A stretch of 64,000 bases of DNA from Eledone cirrhosa (GCA_964016885.1 OZ024743.1:242668001-242732000); one strand, 5' to 3'; shown: positions 1 to 12,905, counted from the stretch's first letter. Notes: generated from the letters alone by a model not told the origin. Numbers and translations: made by a program.

Positions 1-209
1 ATTAAATCTTCTCAATCCACATTGACAGATTTTACAAAACTATTACATAAACGAGGTTTCACACATACCCATATACAGGCTCATACACACACGTTATTTT
101 CATTCTTTCATTAGATTTTTATATTTCCCTTGTGTCACTTTACGATAATGTTACCGCCTGCTTTTATCAGCTGAAATAAAAACATCGTCTGGTTTTTTTA
201 TTATCTTCA

Positions 210-2028
210 CTAGCAGAAAAACCGCTCTCGTGCGGTTTTCTGCTGGCATGTGAAGTGTGCATATTGGTATTATACGCAAATATATATGCATATAGATATA
301 TGTAAATTGAAAAGTAAATTGACAATATCTTCTTCACCCACTTATTTCTAAAAGGGTCGTGGGGGCAGAGTCCTTCTCAAACACTCCTTTCAGCGAGTCT
401 GTCAGTAGCTAACATCTCAAACTGATCCAGCTGGATCCCAAAGCGTGACCAGCCAAGCTCATGGATGTTATCCAACTATCTTGCTCAGGGTCTACCTCTG
501 GATCTCTTGACGGTTGTTTTTTCCTGTAAAATGTGTCTAACGATTATTTACTGAGACATTCTAACCACATGCTCATAACATCGGAGTTGTGATCTCTCAA
601 TCCGGAGAAGTAGCGGCTCTACCAGGAGTGATTCTCTGGTCTCTGAGCTATGCACCTTATCGAGTAAAGTTACTCCAAAGACCCTTCGGAGGAATCTCAT
701 TTCTGCCACTTTTATTTGCAATTGTATTCCTTTGGTCATTACTCAAGATTCATGATCCTCGGTAAGAGTTGGCAGGAATGCCAGGAAGACAGCGAGTTTG
801 GCTTTTACACCTACTCCCCCTTCATTTGATTGCTGAATGCTGAGGCTGGCGCTTTACTGCATCAGCTTTTGCAATTCTTGCACTTAATTCAGCCTCCTGC
901 ATTCTATCACTCATGAACACGGCTCCAAGATACTTGAACTTCTCTAACTGCTTCAGTAGAACTCCATTCACATGTATATAAATTTGAGGGACTTCTGTCC
1001 ACCCGTCTATCACGCAATGTGTATGTGTGTTTGTGTGAATGTATGTGTGTGTAAAAGGGAGGAAAGGGATACACACATATATATGTCTAACTTAAAAACA
1101 GTGACACACACACACACGTGTCTCTAATTTAAGAACGCCGACAAACTCACGCGCGCGCACAGACAAACACTGTCCTATTACCACTGAAGAGCTTTGGCCC
1201 GGGCAAACATCCCCTCAATTTTGGAACCGCCTGGGTTGTCTTGAATTGATGGGAAAAATATTGCTATCTTTAGCTGTGGTAGCGCCTCGTTTTCTCACTC
1301 TTTCGCCTGCATATTGTTCTGTGGCCTAAGATGTGTGTATTACCTGCTTGTGTATTTTTTCTCTTTCTTTTTTCTTTTCCCTTTCCTTTGTATATATTAT
1401 CTTTGTTAGTGTTTTCGTTCTGTAACCATTATATTAAATGAGTTTTAAAAAAAAAGATTTATTAAATAAAAAAAAGAGTTAATAAATAAATAAAACGTTA
1501 TACTTGTTTTACTCTCCCATTTCTAATTCACGGAACGCTGCTATCATGACTGTATGTGTGTGTTTGTGTAAATGTATATGTGTGAATGTATGTGTGTTTG
1601 TGTGAAACTGTGTGTGAATGTATGTGTATGTGTGTGAATTATGTCCTTGAGCGTCTATTTTTATAAGTTTGTGTTTGCGCGATTATAGTTATATACTCAT
1701 AATAGTTATATACTCATACATATAGATGTATCTATGTGCACACTCATACGCGTCAGCGTGTAGAAAATCATAATCTCCCTATCTCTCTCATCACAAACTC
1801 TCTCTTTCTATATATATGGTAGTTGAAGTGGTGGTGGCAGCGACGATATACCGGAAGTGCAACTTGAAAAGAAGTCAATTTTAAATTATTTATTTTTACG
1901 AAATTTAGTACATAAATTATGTAATATTTATTCATTATTTATTCAAAGTAATCCAATTTATTTTACTAACTGGATTAAAAGAAATAAACCGTACGCAGTC
2001 CCGCAGACCTTACTTTATATAGTTTAGA
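210..2028 (-). mobile_element. Candidate non-autonomous Helitron with nested insertions
   Basis: The minus strand starts A|TCTAAACTATATAAAG at 2028. It ends with hairpin AAAACCGC-acgaga-GCGGTTTT followed by CTAG|T at 210. Both termini fit Helitron rules (5' TC, 3' hairpin plus CTRR, A/T target). That the two ends belong to one element is inferred. Confidence 0.45.
345..1000 (-). mobile_element. RTE-clade (Expander/Rex3-like) LINE 3' fragment, decayed
   Basis: ORFs 822-1076 (VNGVLLKQLEKFKYLG) and 548-739 (AEMRFLRRVFGVTLLDKV...VEPLLLRIERSQLR) match the typical RTE post-RT region. Homologous copies lie at 8390 and 54245. Confidence 0.85.
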
Positions 2029-2057
2029 TTATATCTTTCTTATCATCATTATTGCAT

Positions 2058-3348
2058 TGGCAGTATCGGTAGAGGGTCGGATGCCATGCTTTCCAGCATA
2101 GTTACGTCCCTTTACGATCTGAGTTCAAATCCCGCCGAGGTTGACTTTGCCTTTCATCCTTACGGGGTCGATAAAATAAAGTACCAGTAATGCACTGGGT
2201 AATTGCTGGCCTTGTGCCTAAAGTAGAAACAATTATTGCATATATATTAAACAAAAAAGAAGTATTTATTGTTTCTAATTTTGGAACAATGTCAGTAGTT
2301 TAGGGGGGGGGGGGTAGATTGTATCGACACCCCCCCCAGTATTTCACTGGAACTTAATTTTACCGAGCCCAGGATTTGAACTCCGACCGTAAAGAACCAT
2401 AATTAACTTCCGCAAAACGTTGTGTCCGATACTCTATTGATTCTGCCAATCCCCCACGCTAAAGCAAGTTATTATTTATTCTTATGCACTGGGTAATTGC
2501 TGGCCTTGTGCCTAAAGTAGAAACAATTATTTATTCTTATTATCAACAATATTAAATATCGGTAGAGCGTCGGACAACATGCTTTGTGGCATAGAGTTGC
2601 GTCCCTTTACGGCGTGAGTTCAAATCCCGCCGAAGATAACTTTTCCTTTCATCCTTACGGGGTCGATAAAATAAAGCACCAGTAACGTATTGGGGTCGAT
2701 TTAATCGACTTTCCCCTCCCCCCAAATTACTGGCCTTGCGCCTATACTAGAAATCCTTATTAACAATATAAAATATCGGTAGAGCGTCGGCCAACATGCT
2801 TTGCGACATATAGTTATGTCCCTTTACGTTCTGAATTAGCTTTGCTTTTCATCGTCATAGTTTCCATTGCCATAAACGTTAACTTTTATGAACAGATAAA
2901 ATATTGACTTTAACGAGAAAGCACAAAGGTGGCTAATATGATGCCGTCTCGTTAATGACGGTGGGTTGGCAGTATCGGTAGAGCGTGGACAACAAGTTTT
3001 ATGGCATATAGTTACGTCCCTTTATGATCTGAGTTCAAATCCCGCTGAGGTTAGTTTTGCCTTTCATCCTTACAGGGTCGATAAAATAAAGTACCAGTAA
3101 TGCACTGGGGTCGATTTAATTGACTTTCCCCACCCCAAAAAATTGCTGGCCATGTGCCTAAATCAGTGGCAGTATCGGTAGAGAGTCGGTCGCCATGCTT
3201 TGCAGCAAAGAGTTACGCCCCTTTACGGTCTGAGTTCAAATCCCGCCGAGTTTAACTTTGCCTTTCATCCTTACGAGGTCGATAAAATAAAGTACCAGTA
3301 ATGTACTGGGTAATTGCTGGCCTTGTGCCAAAAGTAGAAACCATTATT
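2058..3348 (+). mobile_element. Cluster of about 7 tRNA-derived SINE copies and fragments (one inverted, ~2265-2455)
   Basis: Repeated unit with A-box-like TGGCAGTATCGGTAG, B-box GAGTTCAAATCC, central GCCTTTCATCCTTACGGGGTCGATAAAATAAAGTACCAG and tail AGTAGAAACAATTATT. Copies start near 2058, 2485, 2557, 2774, 2959 and 3167. Confidence 0.9.
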
Positions 3349-3789
3349 AACAATATGGATAATGTTATTGTTACAAACTTTATCTATACACACATTTCAA
3401 TTATTTCAAACTTGATCTTTTACTATTAACTAAATGTTAACTTACTTTTTGTCTGTAAACATACGGGAATATTTAATTTCCACTATGTACTGGATCAGAA
3501 CCGTTTGTATTTTTAAATAGTGAGCTAAAGAGTCATCCTTATTCCTTCTAAATGGTGTGTGTAATTTTGTACTATTCAGATGTTTTCTTTTTCTTCCTTT
3601 AGAACCGTAATTCTTGGTGGAGTCGTGAAATCACAATTGGGAAATAGGCTCTTCTTGGACATTTTAAACCTGGCGGAGCCCATCACTGCTCCAGGTCTGA
3701 ACACAGCCGAATTCTTCCAGAGAAGGAGAGATAGAATAATAGAGACGGAATGAGAATGAGAAGTAGAGGAAGAATCGACCTCACTACTC

Positions 3790-4040
3790 ATCATCATCAT
3801 CATCATCATCATCATCCGACGGCCTCAGCTGAAATCGACTCAACAATTGATCTCCTCATGGGTCTGTCGTTCATTGCCGTTGCCAAGTCCTGGATTTCAA
3901 TACCAGAATCTCTGGAGATGACATCGGGATAGGAGAGCTTGCACCCCCTGTTAGTAGTGACTGCTTATGGTTTCTAAAGCACTAATGGGGACATGGCCTC
4001 ATAGATGGCACGATGACAGTGGCCAGCAAATCTTACTCTC
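3790..4040 (-). mobile_element. RTE-X-like LINE 3' end with (GAT)n tail
   Basis: The minus strand reads GCKLSYPDVISRDSGIEIQDLATAMNDRPMRRSIVESISAEAVG-stop, immediately followed by the (TGA)n tail. Confidence 0.7.
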
Positions 4041-4164
4041 TCTTTTACGTACAATGACAGATATGCGTGGGGGGGGGGGGGGTATATATCTCTCTCAAAG
4101 TCAGATGTCGCCAACTTATGTTCTGAATGCGTTGAAGCAGGCGAGTGTAGGTGCCATCAAGACT

Positions 4165-4300
4165 AGTACTCTATTTATCTATCTTGGAAGGATGAAAGGC
4201 AAAGTTGACCTCGACGAGATTGGGACTCAAAGAGCTGAGAGACAGAACGAATACCACAAAGAATTCTATCTAACGTTCTAACAACTCTGTCAATTCCCCA
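4165..4300 (-). mobile_element. Older diverged copy of the SINE family
   Basis: GGATGAAAGGCAAAGTTGACCTCGACGAGATT is the reverse complement of the SINE core. Confidence 0.7.
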
Positions 4301-4495
4301 CCTATTCAGATTAATAAAAACGTATATATTTACCTCCACCTGTGTTCTCATGTTAATATTTGCAATCTTCCAGTGGTATTCGTATGATGGAGTTTGAATT
4401 TTCAATTTAAAATTTCTCATCACTCTCCTAAAATTATACATACGTATATGTCTCCCTATCTGTATGTATGTATATATCTATCTATGTGTGCTTCC

Positions 4496-4534
<39 letters not shown>

Positions 4535-4727
4535 TGTCTGTCTGTCTGTCTGTCTGTGTGTGCGTGTGTTTGCCTCCGTGTGAGTGTGTCCAAAATAAAT
4601 CAATATTTGGAGCAAATAGATGGTTCAGAGTTCAAATCAAGGATGCAGGGGGTTCCAAACATCAGAAACATTAATCATCAATCTAAATTATACGATCATC
4701 GATAACACATCATCGATAGCACATCAT

Positions 4728-4729
4728 TC

Positions 4730-4779
<50 letters not shown>

Positions 4780-4846
4780 GTCATTCTCATCGTCGTCATT
4801 ATCATCATCATCGTCGTCATCATCATCGTCGTCATCATCATCGTCG

Positions 4847-4887
<41 letters not shown>

Positions 4888-4986
4888 GTCATCGACATCA
4901 TCAACATCACCATCATCATTTTCATTCTCATCATCATCACCATCATCACTAATTTCATCATCACAACCATCATCATCATCATCGTC
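4728..4986. repeat. (CAT)n microsatellite, imperfect
   Basis: Direct reading. Confidence 0.95.
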
Positions 4987-5004
4987 ATTATTATTATTAT
5001 TAAA

Positions 5005-5185
5005 TAATTGTTTCTACTTTAGGCACAAGGCCAGCAATTACCCAGTACATTACTGGTACTTTATTTTATCGACCCCGTAAGGATGAAAGGCAAAGTCAAC
5101 CTCGGCGGGATTTGAACTCAGACTGTAAAGGGACGTAACTATGCTAGAAAACATGGCGTCCGACTCTCTACTGATACTGCCAACT
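5005..5185 (-). mobile_element. tRNA-derived SINE
   Basis: Reverse complement of the 2058 unit, including the B-box and tail. Confidence 0.9.
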
Positions 5186-5196
5186 CATAATAACAG

Positions 5197-5232
5197 ACAA
5201 CAACAACAACCATCACCACCACCACCACTACC

Positions 5233-5269
<37 letters not shown>

Positions 5270-5271
5270 CC

Positions 5272-5302
<31 letters not shown>

Positions 5303-5548
5303 CCACCACCACCACAACAACAACAACCACAACAACAACAACAACCACCAACACCACAACAACAACCACAACAACAACAACAACCACCACCACCACAACA
5401 ACAACAACCACAACAACAACAACAACCACCAACACCACCACAACAACAACCACAACAACAACAACAACAACAACCACCACCACAACCAGAACCACAACAA
5501 CAACAACAACAACAACCACCAACACCACAACAACAACAACAACAACAA
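5197..5548. repeat. (CAA)/(CCA) compound microsatellite
   Basis: Direct reading; this is the source of the polyQ/P ORF. Confidence 0.95.
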
Positions 5549-5659
5549 GAGCATCTCTTTAAACATCAACAGATTTCAGAGATTGAACATTCAGGGTCTT
5601 ATCGACTTCAAATATCTGTTAATTCACTGATCTGGCTCAAAAGGTGTTCCTTTGTTTCG

Positions 5660-7369
5660 TGTGAGTGTGTATGTGTGTATGTGTTTATGTGTTTCTGTAA
5701 GAGTATGTGTGAGTGTGTATGTGTGTATGTGTTTATGTGTTTCTGTAAGAGTATGTGTGAGTGTGTATGTGTGTATGTGTTTATGTGTTTCTGTAAGAGT
5801 ATGTGTGAGTGTGTATGTGTGTATGTGTTTATGTGTTTCTGTAAGAGTATGTGTGAGTGTGTATGTGTGTATGTGTTTATGTGTTTCTGTAAGAGTATGT
5901 GTGAGTGTGTATGTGTGTATGTGTTTATGTGTTTCTGTAAGAGTATGTGTGAGTGTGTATGTGTGTATGTGTTTATGTGTTTCTGTAAGAGTATGTGTGA
6001 GTGTGTATGTGTGTATGTGTTTATGTGTTTCTGTAAGAGTATGTGTGAGTGTGTATGTGTGTATGTGTTTATGTGTTTCTGTAAGAGTATGTGTGAGTGT
6101 GTATGTGTGTATGTGTGTATGTGTTTATGTGTTTCTGTAAGAGTATGTGTGAGTGTGTATGTGTGTATGTGTGTATGTGTTTATGTGTTTCTGTAAGAGT
6201 ATGTGTGAGTGTGTATGTGTGTATGTGTGTATGTGTTTATGTGTTTCTGTAAGTGCATGTGTGAGTGTGTATGTGTTTATGTGTTTCTGTAAGAGTATGT
6301 GTGAGTGTGTATGTGTGTATGTGTTTATGTGTTTCTGTAAGAGTATGTGTGAGTGTGTATGTGTGTATGTGTTTATGTGTTTATGTAATAGTATGTGTGA
6401 GTGTGTATGTGTGTATGTGTTTATGTGTTTCTGTAAGAGTATGTGTGAGTGTGTATGTGTGTATGTGTTTATGTGTTTCTGTAAGAGTATGTGTGAGTGT
6501 GTATGTGTGTATGTGTTTATGTGTTTCTGTAAGAGTATGTGTGAGTGTGTATGTGTGTATGTGTTTATGTGTTTCTGTAAGAGTATGTGTGAGTGTGTAT
6601 GTGTGTATGTGTTTATGTGTTTCTGTAAGAGTATGTGTGAGTGTATATGTGTGTATGTGTTTATGTGTTTCTGTAAGAGTATGTGTGAGTGTGTATGTGT
6701 GTATGTGTTTATGTGTTTCTGTAAGAGTATGTGTGAGTGTGTATGTGTGTATGTGTGTATGTGTTTATGTGTTTCTGTAAGAGTATGTGTGAGTGTGTAT
6801 GTGTGTATGTGTGTATGTGTTTATGTGTTTCTGTAAGAGTATGTGTGAGTGTGTATGTGTGTATGTGTGTATGTGTTTATGTGTTTCTGTAAGTGCATGT
6901 GTGAGTGTGTATGTGTTTATGTGTTTCTGTAAGAGTATGTGTGAGTGTGTATGTGTGTATGTGTTTATGTGTTTCTGTAAGAGTATGTGTGAGTGTGTAT
7001 GTGTGTATGTGTTTATGTGTTTATGTAATAGTATGTGTGAGTGTGTATGTGTGTATGTGTTTATGTGTTTCTGTAAGAGTATGTGTGAGTGTGTATGTGT
7101 GTATGTGTTTATGTGTTTCTGTAAGAGTATGTGTGAGTGTATATGTGTGCATGTGTTTATGTGTTTCTGTAAGAGTATGTGTGAGTGTGTATGTATGTAT
7201 GTGTTTATGTGTTTCTGTAAGAGTATGTGTGAGTGTGTATGTGTGTATGTGTTTATGTGTTTCTGTAAGAGTATGTGTGAGTGTGTATGTGTGTATGTGT
7301 TTATGTGTTTCTGTAAGAGTATGTGTGAGTGTATATGTGTGTATGTGTTTATGAGTTTCTGTAAGTGCA

Positions 7370-7400
<31 letters not shown>

Positions 7401-7720
7401 TTATGTGTTTCTGTGAGTGCATGTGTGTGTGTGTATGTGTTTCTGTGTTTCTGTAAGAATATGTGTGAGTGTATATGTGTGTATGCGTTTATGTGTTTCT
7501 GTAAGTGCATGTGTGAGTGTGTATGTGTTTCTGTGTTTCTGTGAGTGCATGTGTGTGTGTGTGTGTATGTGTGTATGTATTTATGTTTTTCTGTAAGAGC
7601 ATGTGTGTGTGTGGGAGGGGGGATATGTTTATGTGTTTCTGTGAATGCATGTGTGCGTCTGTATGTGTGTATGTGTTTATGTGTTTCTGTGAGTGCATGT
7701 GTGAGTGTATGTGTGTGTGT
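5660..7720. repeat. 48-bp minisatellite GTGAGTGTGTATGTGTGTATGTGTTTATGTGTTTCTGTAAGAGTATGT, decaying to the right
   Basis: 16-aa periodicity ([16 protein letters not shown]) in the ORF track and direct reading. Confidence 0.95.
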
Positions 7721-8389
7721 GTGTATGCATGTTTTTGCATGTGTTAATGTGTGTGTGAATGATTGTGTATCAGACTCAGTGTTTGTGTGTATGTGTGTGT
7801 GTGAGTGCATATGTGAATGTATGTGAGACAGTGAGTGTGTGTATATTAGTGAGCGTGTTTGGGTGTGTTTGTGTGTGCGAGTGTGTGTAAGTGTATGCGA
7901 GTGAAGGTGTATGTGTGTATGTGAGTGTGTGTGAGTGTATGCGAATGAGTGTGTATGTGTATGTGTGAGTGTGTGTGAGTGTGTGTGAGTATATGCGAGT
8001 GAGTGAGTATGTATGCGAGTGAGCATGTATGTGTGTGTGTATTAGTGAGCCAGTTTGAGTGTGTATGTGTGTGAGGGTGAGTGTGTGTGAGTGTATGCGA
8101 GTGAGTGTGTATGTCTGTGTATGTATGTTTATGGGAATGTTTGTGTGTGTGTGCTGTATGATGGGTGTTTTGTTTTATTTTTACACGTGGTCATTAATTT
8201 TGTTTCAAACGTAGAATACTTGGTGTCATGTGATTAACATTTTTATTGTCTTTTGTGATAAATCTCATGTCATTCTATTAATTTCTTTCCATCACCTGCT
8301 TAATATCCTTTTAATACTCCGTCAAAGACTATCCACAGTCTTTTTTATTCCACCATGCAAACATTTTAATCTTTCAAACTCTGCATGTT

Positions 8390-8821
8390 TGCTACTTCTC
8401 CGAATTGAGAGATCACAGCGCCGATACTATGGGCATGTGGTTAGAATGTCTCAGTAAAGAATCACTGGACAGATTTTAAGGACAAAACCAGCCTGCAGGA
8501 GACCCAGTGGTAGACCCCGAACAAGATGGTTGGATAAAATCCATGAGCTTGGCTGGTCACGCTTGGTGATCCAGCTGAATCAGGTGGAGGCGGTTGCTTC
8601 TGACAGGACTCGACCTGCTGGAAGGAGTGTTTGAGGACTCTGTCCCCATGACCCTCTCAGAAATAAGTGGACGAAGAAGAAGAAGAAGAAGAAGAAGAAG
8701 AAGAAGAAGAAGAAGAAGAAGAAGAAGAAGAAGAAGAAGAAGAAGAAGAAGAAGAAGAAGAAGAAGAAGAAGAAGAAGAAGAAGAAGAAGAAGAAGAAGA
8801 AGAAGAAGAAGAAGAAGAAGA
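8390..8821 (+). mobile_element. RTE (Expander/Rex3-like) 3' end with long (GAA)n tail
   Basis: LLLRIERSQRRYYGHVVRMSQ and downstream sequence homologous to 345-620, then (GAA)n at 8673-8821. Confidence 0.85.
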
Positions 8822-9053
8822 ACTTCTCTATCCTTTGAACTCTAACTCTGTGTACATAAAGTTTTTGAAAGATTAAGTTGTTTTCAAAAAAGTACGAACA
8901 TCTCTCTTTCTCTGTCCCCTCTTTTCTTTCTTTCATTCTCTCTCTCTCTTCCTTTCTCTCTTTCTCTCTATTTTTTTTCTCCCGCCCGCATTTTTTTTCG
9001 CGGAAAAAACATATGAAAGAAGACGAATCACGTGACAGAGTGTTATAATCAAC

Positions 9054-9102
<49 letters not shown>

Positions 9103-9208
9103 TACTTTATAATATCCTTTATTCTATTACTGGTTAGAACTGTGTGCTACAACTACTGCACATTACACTACACTAAAGTAAACTAGTTAAACCAAGCAAT
9201 TATATATA

Positions 9209-9297
<89 letters not shown>

Positions 9298-9436
9298 GCG
9301 TGTGTGTGTGTGTGTGTGAACGTATGCATACACACAAGTATACACACTATATATATTACCTGAATGTATGGTTATAATCGCTAAAGAAGGAACCCTCAAT
9401 ATGTAATCATAGAGGTAAATATTATATTACATGAAA

Positions 9437-9626
9437 GGGCGGTTGATTGGCAGTATCGGTAGAGGGTCGGACGCCATGCTTTGACGCATAGAGTTACGGC
9501 CCTTGCCATTATGAGTTCAAATCCCGCCGAGGTTAACTTTGCTTTTCATCCTTACGGGGTCGATAAAATAAAGTACCAGTAATGAACTGGGTAATTGCTG
9601 GCCTTGTGCCAAAAGTAGAAACAATT
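9437..9626 (+). mobile_element. tRNA-derived SINE, full length
   Basis: Same unit as 2058. Confidence 0.9.
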
Positions 9627-9775
9627 ATATTACATGAAATACATAGCAAACTGGATATACCTTCTTAGGTTCTCCGAGTTTCCTGAAGTATGTTTATTTT
9701 ACCTCATTCTTCAGCCTTCATATATATATATGTTGTGTGTGTGTGTGCGTGTGTGTGTTTGTGTGTGCTTGTGTA

Positions 9776-9809
<34 letters not shown>

Positions 9810-9844
9810 TGTCTGTGTGTGTGTGTGCTTGAGTGTGTGTTTGT

Positions 9845-9892
<48 letters not shown>

Positions 9893-9956
9893 GCGTGTCA
9901 CTGAACAACCCATATTGAAAAGGTGGGTTTAATGACTCTAGTGTCAAATATGTGTC

Positions 9957-10237
9957 CACGGGGAGATTCCCACCCACTTTGGGGGTGGGTGAGAGATGTC
10001 TTCTCTTGTGAAAATGGGTATAGCTTTCATTATGTAATCCCGCCGAGGTTGACTTTGCCTTTCATCCTTACTGGGTCGATAAAATAAAGTACCAGTAATG
10101 CACTGGGTGATTGCTGGCCTTGTGCCTAAAGTAGAAACAATTATGTAAAATCTCCCTATTTTGCCTCATTTCTCCCCGTTTTGGGGCACTTTTTTCATGG
10201 TACTCCCCGTTTGGGTTTTTTGAGGTTGGCAGGTCTG
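9957..10237 (+). mobile_element. MITE (paralog of 38174-38353) interrupted by a 5'-truncated SINE at 10038-10139
   Basis: Colinear with 38198-38353 and ending GTTGGCAGGTCTG. The SINE is flanked by the duplication ATTATGTAA (10029-10037 and 10140-10148). Confidence 0.85.
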
Positions 10238-11275
10238 CGACTGTTTCAGCTATGCTGTGGTTTAGCAAAGTAAAGTGATAAACAACCCTTGGTTTGAAAC
10301 TTGACATGGTCATTCATCCAGCTAGAAATAGCAGTGACGTCTGTCTCAAACCACCTCTTTAAAAGTGGAAGGACATGTTCTATAATGTCCAAGGTACAAT
10401 GTGTTTGAAAGGAAAAAGTTTGGATGGTCATGACTGGAACGTCATACCTTTTCTAGATTGTGGCTGTCATGGGAATAAACAACATCAACAACTTTTAAAA
10501 CATCGCCAAAACAAAATACAACTACAACTTTATCAAGAAACATTATTGAATGTCTATAGTTTTTGTTTTGTTTTTGATATTTTTTGTTGATTTTTGGTTG
10601 TTTTTTTATTTTGTTTTTTTTTGTTGTTGTTTTTTTGTTTTGTTTTTTTTTTTGTTGTTTTTTTGTCAGAATTGATGCGTCTGAAAATTCCTGATTCTTT
10701 CACATAAACCAGTGGAGGAGTGTCTGCATTTACATATACCATTATATACTTCACTGAACTCACTGCATTGTTCTTTCCCTCTCCTCCTCTCTCTCCCTTT
10801 CTCTCTCGCTCTCTCTCTCTCTTTCTCTCTCTCACGCGTTTCCTCTCACTTTATCCCCACCACTCTCACCACGAACACACTTTCTTCTTTTATTCCTCAA
10901 TTCTTATTCTCCAGTTCATTTGATGAACACGGCCAGTTATAATATACTGGTAGAAATTAGCTCAATCATTTGTCTTTTCAAAAATGTTCGCTTGTCGGAG
11001 TCGTCGCCATTACTGTCAGAGATAATTGTTTTTCTTGTATCAACGAGATCACAGAAATGTAGGGCAATTAGTTCCCAAACTAGACGTATTGATCCTCCCA
11101 TATTCTCTCTTTCATTCCACTTTCTTTCCTTCGCCATGTCTTTTTCTTTCTAGAACATTTACTCTCCTAGAAATTTCCGTCTTCACAAAATAGTTCCGAT
11201 TTTTCTTCTCGTCGCCGCCATCAATACACCATCATCTACCAATAAAATATTGTTGGCTTTTTTTATGAGAGAGAG

Positions 11276-11313
<38 letters not shown>

Positions 11314-12267
11314 TTCTGTAGTGAGGGCATTATTTCAAAAGCATCAATAGCAACAACAAACACTACACACGTTACTATGGCTAATACCCACCATCACTGC
11401 TGCCGCCACTACTAAAAAAAATCAAAGTGGTAAAACAATTGCTTACAAGTGGCAGACATATTCAAGTAGAATAGTCTATTGGTATTTATGAAAGTGAGAA
11501 AGAATGAGACGAGAGAAAGGGGGAGAGAAAGAAGAAGAGGAGAAGAGGAAGCAGAGAGAGAGAGAATGGGGGAAGTATAGATTGAAAGAGAATGATTGAG
11601 GAGAGGGTGAGAGAGAATAAGAAAAGGGGAGGAGAGATATCAATGAAGAAGAGGAGGAGAGAACGAAGGGCGGGAGTGAGAGGGAAAGATAAAAGGAAAG
11701 AGAGAGGGAGATATAAAATGAAAAAGAGGAGAAAGATAAAATGAAAGAGGAAGGTGAGGAGGAGGAGGGAGAGAGAATGAAGGACAGAAGGGAAGGAGGG
11801 AGAAGGGGGTAGGAGTATTAGTGGTTGGTATAGAAATGGTTCGTTCTTTCAAGATGATAAGATAAAACAACAGTAATTGCATTCATTATGTATGGAAGAT
11901 AAAACTACACGAATACTCTGCGATGTCGAGATTTATAAGTGTGTGACCATGGACTTACTGGCATCTATTCTCTTTCGTGTAGTATGGAATAATTAGTGAT
12001 TTCTCTACTGATCCAGAAACAAAATGGGATACTGTTTATTTCAGGAATTAATACTGAAATAATCCTTGTCAAAAGCCGGTTTCATCTATATTCGTGAGTG
12101 TCTAAGTTGTTGTTGTCGTTGTTGTGTTTATTGTCCTTTACGAGAAAATAGAATTTCTTGTAAAACAATTAGTCTACAACAAGAAAAGGAAGTGTCAAAA
12201 TTATTTGTATAATAATACGTAAAATACAGCAACTGCCATCATGTAAGTACTACACCCCAATATACTA

Positions 12268-12670
12268 GCGTACTTGGACCCCGTACTGCTAAGCTCCTTC
12301 ACAAGATCGGAGCGTCGGCGGCCCGTCTGAGGAGAGAGCCCCGCGAGGTTGGGTGGCTGTTGCAGAGGGTGTCACTGGCCATCGTCCAGGGGAATACTTT
12401 TGCCGTCTTGTTCGCGGGCGCAGCACTCCTTCCCCCTTGTCCTAGGCCCAAAGCCCAATCACCCTCCCCCCTAACCCCCTCTCTTCTGCGACACCAGAGC
12501 TCTTGCCATCACCTCCCTTTCCCGTACTTTTTCTTTCTTTCTCTCATTTATATTTCCCTATTCTTTCTTTCCTTTTGTTTCCCCGTTTTTTTTTTCTTAC
12601 TAAATGAGCTTTGTTTTTTTTTTTTGCTTTTGAATCAATTGATAGGTTCCTTTCTAATCAGTAAAAAAAT
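12268..12670 (+). mobile_element. CRE-clade non-LTR retrotransposon 3' fragment
   Basis: Translates LGPRTAKLLHKIGAS...EPREVGWLLQRVSLAIVQGN, matching the QRxSxAIxxGN C-terminus of CRE restriction-like endonuclease ORFs. Confidence 0.75.
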
Positions 12671-12759
12671 ATATATATACTAGCTGAAACCTAAAGATAG
12701 TTCCAAGTTTAAAACGAAAAGATGGACTGTGCGGGTAATCTATGCAATATATTTATATA

Positions 12760-12905
12760 TCTTATATAGTATCAGTATGTCCGTGAAACATTACATATAC
12801 ACCAGGTCCGAACACAAAGGAACCAAACTCCCACTGTCACTGCCTCCGTCTCTCCCGCTCTCCCTCTCTCTCACTATTATGAGCAAATGGGGACCCATGC
12901 GGAGG
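12760..12905 (-). mobile_element. 3' UTR fragment of a second CRE-like family (paralog of 62660-62770)
   Basis: Shares TACACCAGGTCCGAACACAAAGGAACCAAA and flanks with 62690. Confidence 0.6.

Noticed and set aside
2058-2140. tRNA gene
   Set aside because: A and B boxes are present, but there is no cloverleaf and the sequence continues into the SINE body; multicopy.
3603-3753. Possible exon after a polypyrimidine-AG acceptor
   Set aside because: It contains CAGGTCTGAAYACAGCCGAATT, also found at ~55084, so it is likely a dispersed repeat; no recognisable protein.
4620-7420. PolyH, polyQ/P and Cys-Val repeat ORFs
   Set aside because: They come from microsatellites and the 48-bp array; the 5141 ORF begins inside an antisense SINE.
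10937-11137. 66-aa minus-strand ORF in non-repetitive sequence
   Set aside because: It is short, has no recognisable motif and no clear splice context.
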